Positions 12,251 to 27,524 of a stretch of 64,000 bases of DNA are shown here, piece after piece; position 1 is the stretch's first letter, and each line of letters opens with the position of its first letter. The notes below the pieces were generated by a model. The model did no database searches and was not told the origin of the DNA. It saw only the letters and a list, made by a program, of their open reading frames with translations. Both the position numbers and the translations under genes were made by a program. The stretch covers positions 352,160,001 to 352,224,000 of the forward strand of contig OZ024741.1 in assembly GCA_964016885.1 (NCBI GenBank). The letters are read 5' to 3'. The DNA comes from Eledone cirrhosa. Lineage: Eukaryota.

Positions 12251-13724
12251 TATTGTTGTTAATATAGCAGTCGATTGGCAGAATCTGCAGAGCATCAGAC
12301 AAAGGTTTTGATTTCAAATCCTGCTAATGTCAGCTTCATCTTTCTGGTGTCAATAAAATAGTACTAAGTCAAGGACTGGGATCAATGTTATTGGTTCTTC
12401 ACCCATCATCAATACATCCATTTTCGATGCCCTTGTTATTCTTATTGTTGTTAAATATGGTAGTAGGTTGGTAGAATTGGTAGAGCATTGGTGTAAAAAT
12501 ACCTTGCTTTATTTAATATCATCATCATCATCATATATCTGCTTTTCCATGCTTACACACCAACTCAGTACTTAATTGGAGCTACTGTCCTCTTCAAAAT
12601 GGATGGTTTCTTCAGCTCGATGGCCACTTCACATAGTGTACTGAGTGTATTTCATCATGACACGAGTACTATGCAGGTTGTTATGTCCTTGACATGACTG
12701 AAAAGCCCTTTATATCCCATATTTTATGGAATGTACTCAGTGTATTTTATCATGACACCAATACCATGCAGGTATAAAGAATCCTATACTCTCTTTGGTA
12801 TGATTTCTACTGATGGATGCCCTACCTAACATTAGCCACTTTACCATGGTACCAGCCCTAGAGAGAGTGTCACATTATTAAAATCCTAAAACTTTCAAGA
12901 CACCTATAAAACCAATTTCATAGGAAGCAAGTGGAACCTGTAAAAGCTTGGACAGTAACAACAGAAGCACCACCAAGGAAAGCCAGTATAACCTGTGCAA
13001 GTGTGGAGTAGTATGTGTCGATACAATAGTATATATAAATGAAATGTTATTAAAAGTTTATTTTTGAAATGTGTAAAGTGAGAAAACTGCCCCTTTTAAT
13101 CCCAATCCACCTGAGACCATTTCTAGCTTCTTTGATATAAATCCATTTATTTAAAAAAACAGTTGTGATTCAATTAAAACCTCCCTCTATAATTTTATGT
13201 AAGCGAATTCTGTTATGTGTTCCCCCTGGTTTAATAATGATATTGTTGTTTTATTAAATCCTTCCAAATTGTTAATTTTTTTCAAAATTTAATTAAGCCA
13301 CATGGGCAATGTAATTTTATTAGAAACATAGTGATGTGAGTAGTAAAATGTATATGTAAAGAAGCTTGGTAAAATAATTGTAGATAAAATATACAATTCA
13401 GTTACCATCTCAATTTAAATCTTGAGAGAGTTACTTCGAGAGCCTATATAGGTACTTGTAAACATTTTTGGAAAATAAATAAATATATATGTATGTGTGT
13501 AGTCATATCTCTTTATGAGAGATATTTTGTATGATCTTTGTTAGTGCTGTTCCACATGGTGCTGATCCATGTTTGTTTCATTGAAGATGTCTTGACAAGT
13601 ACTCTAGTTGTATGTTGTGTTAGTTGTATGTTGTGTAACACTGAAATGATCATATGGCACTAGTATAGAGATACAATATTTAGCTGCTGTGATCATTTCC
13701 ATGGCATTTGAGCTGTTTTTAAAT

Positions 13725-13903
13725 AATTGTTTCTACTTTAGGCACAAGGCCAAGAATTACCCACTGCATCACTGGTACTATATTTTATCGAGCCTGTAAG
13801 GATGAAAGGCAAAGTCAACCTCGGCGGTATTTGAACTCAGATCGTAAAGGGACGTAACTATGCCGGAAAGCATGGCGTCCGACCCTCCACCGATACTGCT
13901 AAC
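13725..13903 (-). mobile_element. SINE family 1 with TSD CTGTTTTTAAATAAT
   Basis: Consensus match; direct repeat on both sides. Confidence 0.92.
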
Positions 13904-14157
13904 CTGTTTTTAAATAATGGTCGTTCATCATCATCATCATTGAATGTCCATTTTCCCTGTTAACAAGAGTTGGGCAGATTATCACAGAGCAAGCCAGTAC
14001 TTGCATTAGGTACATTTTATCATGTCACCAGCATTAGGGAGGTTGTTATGATCCTCTTGATCTTTTGATTGGCAAGATTTTTATGGTTGGATGTCCTCCC
14101 TAACACCAATGCCCTTCCTAATGTATTAAACTTAACCAATAATATATATGTATATAA

Positions 14158-14349
<192 letters not shown>

Positions 14350-14399
14350 TGAAACATTTCTCATCTTTAACACACACACACACACACACACTACCTCTT

Positions 14400-14820
14400 T
14401 GTACACACAACTTACACAAAATCAAGGTCTGTTGAAAAGGGAGGTAAAAATGTGTGCAAAGTGTGATGCTGCATTGCTGCATGGTAGTGATACATGGGCA
14501 GTGACTACAGAGTTAATGTGTAGACTGGAGAGAAATGAAGCAGCCATGCTTTGTTGGATGTGCAATGTAAATGTAAGAGAAAGGCAGAGCCTGGATGAAC
14601 TGGGTTTAAGAAGAATCCGAGGTGATGTGCACCAGAGAAGACTGCGTTAGTACGGGCATGTGGTGCGCATAGATGATTATCGATGAGTGAAAAATCGTTT
14701 AGGAAATGCCAGTGGAAGGAAGCCACAATTGAGGTAGAACTCAAAAAGGATTGGGTAGAGGTGGTGAGGTGCTGACAAGGAACCGGCCAACACATGCAAA
14801 AACAACAATGATGATGATGC
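14400..14820 (+). mobile_element. Degenerate RTE LINE 3' fragment
   Basis: LLHGSDTWAVTTELMCRLERNEAAMLCWMCNV; (ATG)n tail. Confidence 0.8.
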
Positions 14821-15742
14821 TGATAGTTATAAAGGTGTGTAGATCGATATATAAAGGGTCATATATAGTTAGAAAGGGACATAGATTTGTAGGGAGAGGG
14901 AGATATAAGGTATATATATATATATTCAAGAAATAGAGTGAGAGTAGGGAGGAGTAGGCATATAGAAAGGGAAAGGCATATATTGGTAGGTGGGGAAGGA
15001 CAGAATTTTAGGACAACATTGTGTGAGAATATCCTGACTCAGCCAGAGAGAGACTATTGTATAAATATTTATTCTGCTTTGTTGCTGGTGGTGGTGGCAG
15101 TGGTGGCAAAGGTCAGTGAGGGGGTGTCCTTGTGTGTGGTTATTATTTTCATCATCACCACCATCACTACTGACACTACCACCCTCACCACCACAATTAT
15201 CATCCTCACTCACACCAGCACAATCACCACAATCACCTTAATCACTATCATGACAGTCATCACCACCACAATCACAATGGTTACAATCCTAAGGTTGTAT
15301 TAACTAACATTATATTGTGTGACATACAAATGCTGTTTGGCAACTTTCTAAATGTTTCTGCAAATTGGAACACCTCCCCTTTCCCTGTAAGTAAGGGGTA
15401 GTGTCTATCTGTGGTTATTGTAGTGGGTGATAATGTCTGTCACTGGTACTGGTGGTGGTGATAATGCCTGTCTGTGCCACTGGGAAAAGGGGGATAGTGT
15501 GTGATAATATCTGCCAGTGTTGGGGGGTTGGGTGGCATAATGCTTGCCAGTACAGCATGATTTATTTTTGAAATGATAGAAAAAAATTAAGGATAGTAAT
15601 GATGGTAGTGTTGATGGTGATGATAATGAATAGTGACAATATTTGTTACAGCTCACACCTATAAAGGTTTAACTGGGTTCCTACAATGTTGCATCCCATG
15701 GGGGGTGTCTATGGTGCCTTAATTAGGTAGTGGTGACAATCA

Positions 15743-15918
15743 GAGATTAACCAGACTATCAGATGTCCTTATACATTTACTAGTCTCAATGAATTGACCA
15801 GACTATGATATCCATCCATTGCTGGTCATACGAGACTGATCAGACTATCAGATTCTTTATACATCACTGGTCATAATGGACTGATGACACTGTCAGATGT
15901 CCATTGCTGGTCTCAATG
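15743..15918. repeat. Degenerate ~45-nt tandem repeat (about 4 units)
   Basis: Recurrent GACCAGACTATCAGAT...CTGGTC motif. Confidence 0.7.
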
Positions 15919-18292
15919 TGCTTCCATTCCTCCCTTCAAGTTGTGACCTGAATCTTTGGTTAGATGAGATTTTAGGCACAAAGCCAAGGGAAAGTTGATT
16001 GAATGGCCTCAGCATTTGACTGGTATGCTCTTGCTGCTGTATTGTTCTGAATGCAAAGCAAAGCTGATCTTACCTGGATTTGCACTCAGAATGTAAAGAG
16101 ATGGAACAAATCATTTTGTTCAATGCTCCAATAATTCTCTCAATCCACTGCCTTCTGGTCACTTGGATTTTACTCTGCAGTCGTAGACTGCTCTGTTTGT
16201 TCTACAAAGGATTGAGGCTGTCTTCACTTTGCCTTGTACTGTACTTGTTGGCTGTTATTTATAGCAGGTCGAGCAATTATGAAAAGCTCCTTGATGATGA
16301 TAATGGTGTTTAAAGCCAGGAGTAATGGTCTTTACAACAAGAATGTATATTGATGAGGAATTAATCGGCAGATGGATGGTTTTTTGAGGTCCCAGCAGGC
16401 ATAATTGTGTGCCTCTGTTATTGGAGTGAATATTGCTGTTAATTTGTAGCAGATCTAGTATTCATCTTTATTGTATCCATTAAGGTGAGAGTTGTAGCTA
16501 ATGAGAAATTTAACCCTTTTGGTACCAAACTGCCTGAAGCTGGCCTTGGTTCTACAATATAAATCAGTTTGTTTTTAAAGTGTTTATATTGATCTAAAAA
16601 TTATAATTTAATGTAAAAACCTTCAAGTTCCAATCATCTGATCATTTTTGTTCTACTCGTGTGATCTCTTTTGTGGTCATATTTCTAACAAAATACTCTG
16701 CCCCAAATAAGAATTTGGAAGGGTTTAGTGAAACTTCTCCATTATGAAGTTGGTGTTTGAAACATTTGGGAGCAGGTTTAAATTTGAATAAAGTATTTTA
16801 AAATAGCTAGTTTTGTATCATAGAACAAGGGAAGGTCTTAACCTGTCTTAGTATAGATGAGGACAATATTTACCTTATTAAATTCTTTCAAAATCTTTAT
16901 TATTTTCTAAGGTATTTGAATATGAATCATAAAAATGTGTGTATTTGTAGTGTGTGAGTGTAGTGCAGTAGAAACTGTTCTAAATGATGACAAAAATAGT
17001 TCATGGCTGGTTGAACCCATTACTTCCTGTATCTGACTGAAAGTGGAACACTCCTAACTGAAGTCAACCACCTCATGCTTCATTGAACATACATTTTAGA
17101 CTGTTCAAGTTCTCTAGGACACTTGTCAGTAGAAAGGTTGGCAGTTTTCTGTTCTCTGTCTGCCTTTCTCTTTTGCATTGGCTTGTTAAAGTACCTTACA
17201 CAAAGAAGGCTGTCCCTAACACACACACCTACTTTTGCCCTGTGGCTTTAGTTTCCTGCCCTCTAGTTTGGAAACCCAGGACATTTCACTCTTCAGCATG
17301 GTAGTTTCAATCACAGTTCCTGTATCTTTTGTTTCTTTCTCTCTTTGTTGGCATCAGGAAAGGCATCTGGCCATCCAGCACTTCCTTTCAAAATGTGTGT
17401 ATTTTAAGTAGTTTTATGGTTAATACTACCTGTCCCTTGGGGCCTGGTGACCTTCCCTCACTCACTTGAAACTGTAAAAGAAATATTTTACACAATCTCT
17501 TCCTGCCACTTCCTCTCCCACTTTCCCACACACCCCTACCTTCCTATCCTACATCTGATTCACCACTGCCTTTTTGGTTATAGTGACACATATTTGACCC
17601 TATATAAATCAAATATAAATCCAAATCTTTGACTGAAGTTTTATTGTTATATGTCAAATAATATTAGATTTCAGTAGTTAATTTTTTAGTTAAAAGTTAG
17701 TTTAACCTCTCATAATTATTGAATACTTCAGTAGTTAAAACACAGTGGCAGTATATTCTTGATAGACATATAGTCAGGAAAGAGGTAACCTATTACATAC
17801 CAACCCACTCAAAACTAAGTCTGGTTCTATGAAACAAGTCATCCATTTTAAAAGATTCCTATTTAAATTAAAACGTTCTAACAATTTTTTTTTTTTTTAA
17901 ATATAATAATTTTGTTTTTTTTAATCATGTATTAAGTTACTATCTTAGTAATGAAATAATAATTTTAGTAAATCCCTCAAAATTTTTCATTAATTAATTG
18001 AAATACTGTATTTCATTAGCCATATAGTTTTAAAAAAAATGAAAGTATTTATTTGTATCTAAAAACCTTCCATGATAATTTTATGGAAGGATTTTATAAT
18101 CCCATTCAATGTCTTTTATTAGAAATATGGTAAGGAAGGAGTGAGTGAGAATTACCTGATCTGTCTTTGAGTCAAAAAGTATAACACTTCATCTTCCCCA
18201 TCTTTCCTATAAACTCTCCCTATTGTTTTAGCTGTGACACTAACATAGTGTGATTTAGGCATATGTGAAAGCATATACAATATGCTTATGTA

Positions 18293-18452
18293 TAATTGTT
18301 TCTACTTTTGGCACAAGGCTAGCAATTATCCCAGTGTATTACTGGTACTTTATTTTATCGACCCCGTAAGGATGAAAGGCAAAGTTAACCTCGGCGGGAT
18401 TTCAACTCAGATCATAAAGGGCCGTAACTCTTTGCTGCAAAGCATGGTGTCA
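18293..18452 (-). mobile_element. SINE family 1, 5'-truncated
   Basis: Consensus match. Confidence 0.88.
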
Positions 18453-18490
18453 GAAATAAACATACATAAGTATAGATATAGGTGTTTTAA

Positions 18491-18673
18491 CCCTTTAATG
18501 TTCAAACCGGCCAGAATTCTCTACCTTTTTCTGTTGAAACTGGCTGTAACTGATGTTATGGTATTGTTCTCAAAATAAATACTTTCAAAATCTCATAGAT
18601 TCGATATTATGTAAGATAAAGCCTTGCCATGAAAATATAAAAGTATATATAAAGTAATGTAAATGCTAAAGGG
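18491..18673. mobile_element. piggyBac-type MITE
   Basis: TTAA|CCCTTTA...TAAAGGG|TTAA termini. Confidence 0.8.
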
Positions 18674-19246
18674 TTAAAATGACTTGATCACAGCCGAAGA
18701 TACCCACTGCAAGACTTATGTATGTTTATTATACCAAACATATTGTGTATGCTTTTACATATGCCTCTATTATTTTCCTATTCTGATAGACTCACTCCTC
18801 ATTATGTGTGGTGATGGTGGGGGGTGGGTAGTGTTGACATTCCTTGAGTTAAGAGGCATAAGGACATAATCTGAAAGAATGCCCCCTTCGGCATGTCTCC
18901 ATAACCACCACTGTTGTCAGCACCATCACTAGCACCTCCATAACCATGACTATTTTCACTAAGACTAACACCACCCCTCCTCCATCACCATCAGCACTAC
19001 CTTTGTTTCCTTCTCCTCCAATTATAACCACTGTTTTCACTAACCTCCACCACCATCATCACCACTACCATAGCCAGCTATATTTTGGTATCTCTATCTT
19101 CCTTCCTTATATATCCTGTCTGTGTATCAACTGCAATGGCCTCCCTGACTGTCTACTTTGATGTTTTTAAACAAATAATATACAAGTTAGCCCTGTTGTG
19201 CAATGTAAGCTATTTTGTTGTCAGTTAAAATAGGTCATCTACTCTT

Positions 19247-19286
<40 letters not shown>

Positions 19287-19296
19287 CTCGCTCTCG

Positions 19297-19327
<31 letters not shown>

Positions 19328-19499
19328 CTTCCTTAAGTCCACCTAAAAATGGTTGCACTATATCAAACCACTATTATTGCTTAGATATTCATTGCAGTGA
19401 TTAGATTTCTTGCATTCAGGTTGGATTTTAAAATCAATTTTAGTCTTTTTTTTTCTTTTTTTTTTTCTCTAATATGTTTCTCTAACTTTTTCTTTCATC

Positions 19500-21990
19500 T
19501 CTGCATGTAAAATGTCATCATGTTCTAAACTCCCCAAATACTTGATCCACTATCTCTCAGTTCCCCAATGGTTTTTTTCTAATGGCAACCGCAATCTACT
19601 GCAGGCTGCTATTTTCTCTCTTTTCATATTGAGCACATAGCATTTGGAAATCCCAAATTCCATACTGGTCACTACTACACTTCTGGACTGTTTTAATCAA
19701 AGAATCTATCTGGTTTTCATACTTCCCTTAAACAGAAGATGGTTTATGAATGGCCCTTTCTTTCCACATTGGTAACCTATTTTAATTTTCCTAAGTGTCA
19801 GTGTTTAGGTATAAGTGCCATGACAAATAGTAAGGGTGAAAATGAGTCACCTTGGAAGATGCCTCTTTTAATTTCCACTTCTCCAAGAAATGTCAAAGTA
19901 TACCGTAAGTTGTTTGTTTACATTTCAAATTCTTAGTTGAATCCTGACTGCAGTTGTGGTCTGAGGGGCACTTGATTCTGATGTAAAATACTCAGCTATT
20001 GGATGAATTAGAAAACTATTTTTAGTTTAAACTAGTCAGGAAGTGTTTTATAAATAATTTTTGAATATATGGGAAAATAATCACGTGTATTGTGATAATT
20101 TTTTCTCTTCTGCCAAACTCATTCAAGAACTTTTTAAAAATGGGACCTATGCTTGCAGCACAATAAGAAAAAATAGGAAAGACATGCCAAAAGCTGTTAC
20201 CTCAACAAAATTGAAGAAACAAGGTGACACAATGCAGAGACAAAAAAGCGAACCTGATGATAACAGCCTGGCATGTTTTGAGGACTCTAACACTGCTGAC
20301 CACAAATTCCAGTCCCAATGATTTAACAAGTGTCCAGCGAAAACAAAAGACTGGAAACACCACACTGTGCCATGCCCAAGGGCAGTCAAAGACTACATGG
20401 GGTACAGGGGAGTGGACCGTACAGAGGGTGTTACTGGCCTGTTGACTTATAGAAAAAGAGAACTTGCAAGCAGTGTTCCAAACAAAATATTAGAAGGGAA
20501 CCAAAAGCAAGCTGTGCACTATGCAAGGTAAATCTCTGTATTAACTGTTTCAAACCCTATCATCTGGGACATTTTCCTTAACAGTTTGAATATGCAATTT
20601 TGGTATGGTCATGTTAAAAACCTACCGAGTCTCACTATTTGGCTTAGGGAAGTAGTGAAAACAAAAAGAGGTAAGGGTTACATTCTAAGGGAAGTAATCA
20701 TATATGATCATAAGAACCACAAGTGAAAAATAAGTTAAAGTCAATCCAGGCCATAGACATGTTGGTATGATATATTTTACAATGCCTGAAAACTGTTTTG
20801 CCTATCACCAGGTAATACTAGGAACCCTAAAATCTCCTAAATCCTCTTTGTTCCCTTGGAAAAATATTCCTTCTTGTAAAAGAAAAGTATATGCTTCCTC
20901 CGTAAATATCCCAGTAAGTAACTTCCATATGTTCAGGTATGCTATAGGACTGTAGTTTCCTATAACATTCCCCTTCTATCTGTCATTACAAGTGTTGTTC
21001 TTGTTACATTCCAAGAGGGAACTGCACCTCTCTGGACACATTCATTCAATTGAGTTATTATTCTTTCATGAACTGCATTGCATCTCTTCAACCAATAGCC
21101 GTGAATCCCATCTCGACCAGGAGCTTTCCAGTTTGGTACTTTGGCCACCTCATCCTTCACATCTACTGTGCTTATGATAATGTTCTTTGTAATATTTCCT
21201 CCTCGCAATTCTGTCTTGATAGTTTCTATCCACTCTGCATCCCTTCTATGCATTGTAGTGTTCCCCATATCCTATTCCAGAACCCTGTGGCCTGATTATC
21301 ATTAGGAACAATATCCTTCCCATTGTCTCCTTCTAAAGTGCAGAAGAATTGATTTGGATTATTTTTTAACAATCTATTCTCCTCAAACTGCTCATTTCTG
21401 TTCACATATCTTCTTCTTTTCTGGCTTTTTGACAAAATCCTATTTATTCATTGGGATTTTTTCTTCGGGGGCATTCATGAAATCCATAAGCTGTCTTTTT
21501 AATGCGAGCAATTCATCATCCAGTTTGCTCCCCCTTATCCTCAGTAGTACTCTGGTTCAATCTATAATGTTCCTCGTCTACAGCCAAAACAGTCTTATAA
21601 TTTCCCTGTCTTTGTTATGTATTCCCTTCAACGTTCACTAATCCAAGATATTCCTACCTGTTATGCAAGCCTTCCTCCTAATCACCCTCACTTGATTCAT
21701 TTGTTTACTTTCTGATATTGAAAACATGTCCTTTTGCACCCAAAAGTACAAAATATGTTGCCCTTCTCCGTAGCTTCCTTCCAGTTATGCTCTTTCATGA
21801 CATTCAATGAGTGTAGCACACTCTTCCTTTGTCCACTTGTGTCTAACTTCACACACATTTTTGTGTGATTTGTTGCATCGTGGACCAGATCACTTTCCAG
21901 GTGAGAGACCTTCACTGCAACTGGTTTCAGCTTTGTTCACGCTGATGATTATTTCATTATTGTTTAACATCATGGTTCCACATGAGTAGC
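19500..21990 (-). mobile_element. Degenerate R4/Dong-like LINE, interrupted by a piggyBac fragment
   Basis: Minus peptides PNWKAPGRDGIHGYWLK, GNYSPIAYLNIWKLLTGI, MAWIDF and KRGIFQGDSFSPLLF in colinear order with frameshifts; boundaries approximate. Confidence 0.75.
20040..20560 (+). mobile_element. piggyBac (PGBD4-like) transposase fragment
   Basis: HVYCDNFFSSAKLIQELFKNGTYACSTIRKNRKDMP; frameshifted continuation LMITAW. Confidence 0.85.
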
Positions 21991-22079
21991 TTGTGGAGTT
22001 TTCCTTCCCACAAGTATTTTTATTGAGCTACCATCCTTATATATCCTGCCTTACCAGGTTAAAGAATGCCTTTATTATT

Positions 22080-23200
22080 GGTTTGGCAGTAGAGCGTCAG
22101 GCAGCAGCTTTGCAGAATAGTTATGTCCCTTTACGTTCTGAGTTCAAATCCACTGAGGTTGACTTCGCTTTTCATCCTTACGGGGTCGAATAAATAAAGC
22201 ACCAGTAATGCACTGGGGTAATTGCTGGCCTTGTGCCAAAAGTAAAAAACTTTATTATTATCAGTAGCAGAAAAACCACCCGAAGGGTAGTTTTCTGCTA
22301 GCATGTGTAGTGTGCATATTGATATTATACGCAAGTATATCTGCATGTAGATATGATACATCAAATAAAATCGTAATTGACAATATACACAGAAATCGAA
22401 TGAAACTGCGTTACACTGTCTTATGTAATCAGTAACGTAATCCATGATACATTAAAAAAAGACGATATTATATATAATCTGCAGGGCGGTGGATTGGCAG
22501 TATCGGTAGAGGGTCAGACACCATGCTTTCCAGCATAGTTACGTCCCTTTACGATCTGAGTTCAAATCCCGCCGAGGTTGACTTTGCCTTTCATCCTTAC
22601 GAGGTCGATAAAATAAAGTACCAGTAATGCACTGGAATAATTGATGGCCTTGTGCCAAAAGTAGAAACAATTATATATAATCTGCATTAGGAGAAAATTA
22701 GCGACGGAAATATATGAATGTCTATTTAAGCGATCGCTAACCGGGAGTGTTGACATTTGAAAATTTTAAAGAAGTGAATCTTAAAAAATAAGCAACAAAA
22801 TTATTTATATTTAATCAAGAATAACAAAATTTATTAGATAAATTATGTAATATTCATTCATTATTTATTCAAAGGGGCGGTGGATTGGCAGTATCGGTAG
22901 AGGGTCGGACGCCGTGCTTTCCAGCATAGTTACGTCCCTTTACGATCTGAGTTCAAATCCCGCCGAGGTTGACTTTGCCTTTCATCCTTACGGGGTCGAT
23001 AAAATAAAGTACCAGTAATGCACTGGGTAATTGCTGGCCTTGTGCCTAAAGTAGAAACAATTATTTATTCAAAGTAATCCAACTTATTTTACAAACAAGA
23101 TAAAAAAAAAATATTCTGGATGCAGTCCATTACTCTTTACTTTATTATAGTTTAGATTATCACGGTGGATTGGCAGTATCAGTAGAGGGTCGGGCGCCAT
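22080..23200 (+). mobile_element. Cluster of SINE family 1 copies: 22080-22255 (older), 22484-22670, 22875-23060 and a 5' stub at 23161-23200
   Basis: Consensus matches; TSDs TTATATATAATCTGCA (22468/22671) and TTATTTATTCAAAG (22861/23061). Confidence 0.95.
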
Positions 23201-24056
23201 GTTGTGTTCTGTAGCCATATGGCTAAGTTTAACCTGTTTTAATTACTATCAGCATCTCGTAGACAAGTTGACATCTGATGCCTGCTTTCTCCTCAAAATT
23301 TAAACTTGCCCTTTTGAAATTTTTCGGAAAGTTAGAAGATAAACTTTGGAACAGCCCTCAAATGTCTGTAGAGGAAAATTTATGTGGCCTTTACATCACT
23401 TACCTGGTCACTTTCGGAAACCAGTGATGTTATTTCTGGCTGATCACGATTGGTCTGAAACTGGACTAAAACTCACCCCCGAATGAAACAGTGTATGTAA
23501 TGTCCCCAGGTTTTATTATTATTGTTGTTGTCATCCCACCATATTTTTTATTATGTGTTTTATTAGTGATATATTCTTTTACTGCTTTCAGTCATTAGAC
23601 TATGGCTATACTGGTGCACTGGATTAAGCCTTTCGTTACCATATTTCTAATGATAGACACTGTCTATGATTTCAAATAATTTTGAAAATAATGAAGATTT
23701 TGTAAAGATTTAACAATATATATATGTTTGGAACATAATCAAATAAAGGTTCTTATATAAAAATATGATGGAAGGTTTTTTTTTAAAATAAATATAAACC
23801 ACTTTAAAGTAAACAGCTTAATATTGTAGAATCAGGAGTTTATTATTGAATTGGTTAACTGTGTTTTGTTGAAAACTGACTTTGTTTCTTCATCAAAGCT
23901 TCAATATATGATAAATACATTACTTGACAATGGAGCCTTCTGACACTGAATAGCTGATGCAGCATGTGCCATTGGCTGTTCACTGTAGCTATGCTTTCAC
24001 AAATTTCTGTGTAGCACAGCTGAGATGAACTACCTAGCCAAGCATGTTGAGTTTAA

Positions 24057-24323
<267 letters not shown>

Positions 24324-24833
24324 TAATTTTCGTTATTTTATATTTGTTCTTTCCAAGAAAATTTTAGATGTTGAGGCTGGCTTTAATTCTTAATACCCTG
24401 TACCATATGAAATCACGTTGTTGTGAGCTTTAATTCTTAATGTTCTATACCACATTTGTAAGGCATTCTCAAAAAATAGAAAACATGACTGTCTCCACTG
24501 CATGAAATTACACCAGCAAGACATTCTTGGAAAGTACAAAACAACTATGCATCATGTTAAAAATTATTCTTCTATAATATTGCATATTGTCACAGCTATC
24601 TGTCCATTAGTAATGATATAATAAACATTTGAATTAACAACCACATGAAACTTCATTAGTAAGACATTCTTGAAAAGCACAAAACAGAACTATGACTGCA
24701 TCAAATAAAACAAAATAAAGTCTTTACATAACAATCTGTTCACAAGTAAAAAAATTCTATAAACATTTAAATTAACAAACCTATTTTTAAATAATATTTT
24801 GCAAAATCATTACAGTATCTTAGAGTTAATTAA

Positions 24834-25020
24834 TAATTGTTTCTACTTTAGGCACAAGGCCAGCAATTACCCAGTGTATTACTGGTACTTTATTTTATCG
24901 ACCCCGTAAGGATGAAAGGCAAAGTCAACCTCGGCGGGATTTGAACTCAGATCGTAAAGGGACGTAACTATGCTGGAAAGCATGGCGTCCGACCCTCTAC
25001 CGATACTGCCAATCCACCGC
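24834..25020 (-). mobile_element. SINE family 1, full length, with TSD TAGAGTTAATTAATAAT
   Basis: Two differences seen versus the copy at 22875-23060. Confidence 0.95.
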
Positions 25021-26701
25021 TCTAGAGTTAATTAATAATAATATCTTATGAATATAAGGTAAAATTTAAAATTGCCAATTAAGGCATAAGCATAACTGTG
25101 GTTGAGGCGTTTGCTTTGAAGCTACACTGTTTCAAGCTCACTTGGGCAAGTGTCTTGGAATGACAAATGCCTTCATCATATGATCACTGGCTTTGCCATG
25201 TGCTCACTTTACAGCTGCTTGGTTCTGGGTTGAATCCCATTGTATGGCACTCTGAGAGTGAAAGTTGGCAGAAGCTGTACTTGTATAAAGGTGCTAGGCT
25301 TTATGGTTAAGTCTCATGACCATGCTGGATCAGGTGGATTGTTGATCAAAACACTTAATTTTCCAAAGCTCCAGTTTAAAATATGAGTACTCACTGCAAC
25401 AGGGGTTTACTATTGCAATGATGTAGTTATCTAGTGAAAGAGTATGTGCTCCAGTCTATTTAGTTGGAAAAATAAGTTGTACTTGTACTTAAAAGGGTCG
25501 GTCTTGTCACAGCTGAATTTCTTCTGAATTAATTACATTAAGGACGCACGTGTCTGTTAATTTCACAAACAGGCTATTCCATTGCTTTAACCCATCCCCA
25601 TCTACTGAACTAAGTGTGTATAACAATTTAATGACATACCCCACCCTCCAGTTGTACACTTCATTGACACAGGTTGTCTGTGTGTTTATTAGATGGGTAA
25701 ATTAGTGCTTACTTATTGCTTAATACCTGACAAACGTAGATTTGTTTTTTCTTGTTCTTGTCTGTGTTACTGAGAATGAGTGCCTATCTTTTGTTATTGA
25801 TATTAATGTTTGTTATTAGTTGTATTAAGATTGCTTAACCATTTTCAGGTAGTCTCCCTCCTCCCTTTCTCCTTATTTTTACCCCTTTTGTTTACCATAT
25901 TTTTAATGAAATACTGAGTCCATAAATTTAGTAACATAACTAACTTTGTTGTTTTGGACATAGCTAAATATTCTTACATAAAATAATAACAAGGTTTTTA
26001 TTTGAATATAAACATTTAAAAACACAGTTTCTTTAGCGTAAAACCAGGGAAGGGCAGTTTCAGGTACCAAAATGGTTAAATTCTGGCATCCATATGCTTT
26101 TAGCATTGGTAGAATGCTTGATTCCTACAGCAAATTTGTAGATTAAATGGTTTGTATGTAATTACCACTGCCATCATCATCATTCATCTTCATTTTATGC
26201 CCACATTCCATGTTGACATGTTGACATATTTCCAATGGAAATATGTCAGCATACTTCATGGGCAGTGACTCTGTGTGCTGTGTCGTTTGCACATGTTGGC
26301 TTTGGCAATTGGCATGAGCAGGTTGGACACAACTTGCATAGACTCTGGGGTGTGCAAAACTAAAGTTTGTCCCAGCCTCCCCATGCCAACAGGTCCCTTT
26401 CTTCTAGAACTTTCAAAGTACTTTAGCTTTCTTTTTCATGGGGGTCTCTGTTTTTCCTAGTTCTAGTCTTCTTAGCCTTAGCATTTATCTACTGGTCATC
26501 TCTCTGTTTATTTGCGGTTTTTCTTCTTATTGGGGTCCATACTTGCGTGTGTGTGTGTATATATATACACAAAAACCTTTGAATGATATGCAATAGATAT
26601 GGGTGGAAATCTTTGTAGATATGCACTAATGATAGGTAATAGATGTTGGTGGATATATTTGTAAATATTTGGTAACTACACTTAATAGGTCTGGGTGGAA
26701 A

Positions 26702-27490
26702 TCATCATCATCATCGTTTAACGTCCATATTCCACGCTTACATGGGTTTGGACGGGAGTTTTCCCACTTGAGGCAAGAGTGGTTGACTTGCTTGCATAGG
26801 ACTGTCTGGCGGGTTTTCTACGGCTGGATGCCCTTCCTAACACCAACCACATTTACAGTGTGGAACTGGGAGGTTTTTACCGTGTTACCTACACGGCCAC
26901 ATTACGGCGTGGACTGTGTGTTTTTTTGTCGTGACACCTACACGACCTCATTTGTTTCGGGCTGGATGTTGTGGTACCAACATAACTTTACATTGAAAGG
27001 GGTGGGGGTAGTGGGACGGGGGTGTATTTTGTTAGAGGTGCCTACTGACTGTAGTAGGTTTCACTTTGTACTTAGGTAAGGCGGGTCTTCTCTATTACTG
27101 TGTAGCGCCAAAGATCTCGGTCCAGTGACATTGTCTTGGAGAGGTGTAAGTGTGTGAGGTCGGAATTTATCAAGTCGTCCCAGGTTTTTCTGGGTCTACC
27201 TACTCCGTGGCTACCGTCTATTTTTATTGCCCTGCACTTTTTTATACAGCTGTCGTCTTTCATGCGCATCACGGGACCATACCAACGTAGTCTTCTCTCG
27301 AGTAAACAACATCTGATCCCTCTTATTTCTAATTTTTCCCTTAGTTTGTTTATGCTTTGCCGTTCACGTATATTACTATTACACATCCAGTGGAGCATGC
27401 AAGCTTCGTTCCTCTCCAGTCTGCGTATATCCTCTGCACACAATGCCCAGGTCTCACTGCCATGCAACATTGCTGTTCGTATGCAGGCAT
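26702..27490 (-). mobile_element. RTE LINE family A, 3' fragment
   Basis: ORF 27072-27518 [30 protein letters not shown]...RLRWYG; (CAT)n tail. Confidence 0.93.
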
Positions 27491-27524
27491 TATATATATA
27501 TATACACACACACACCAACCACCA

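Noticed and set aside
15743-15918. Spaced repeats superficially like a CRISPR array
   Set aside because: Degenerate tandem units without unique spacers, eukaryotic intron, no cas genes
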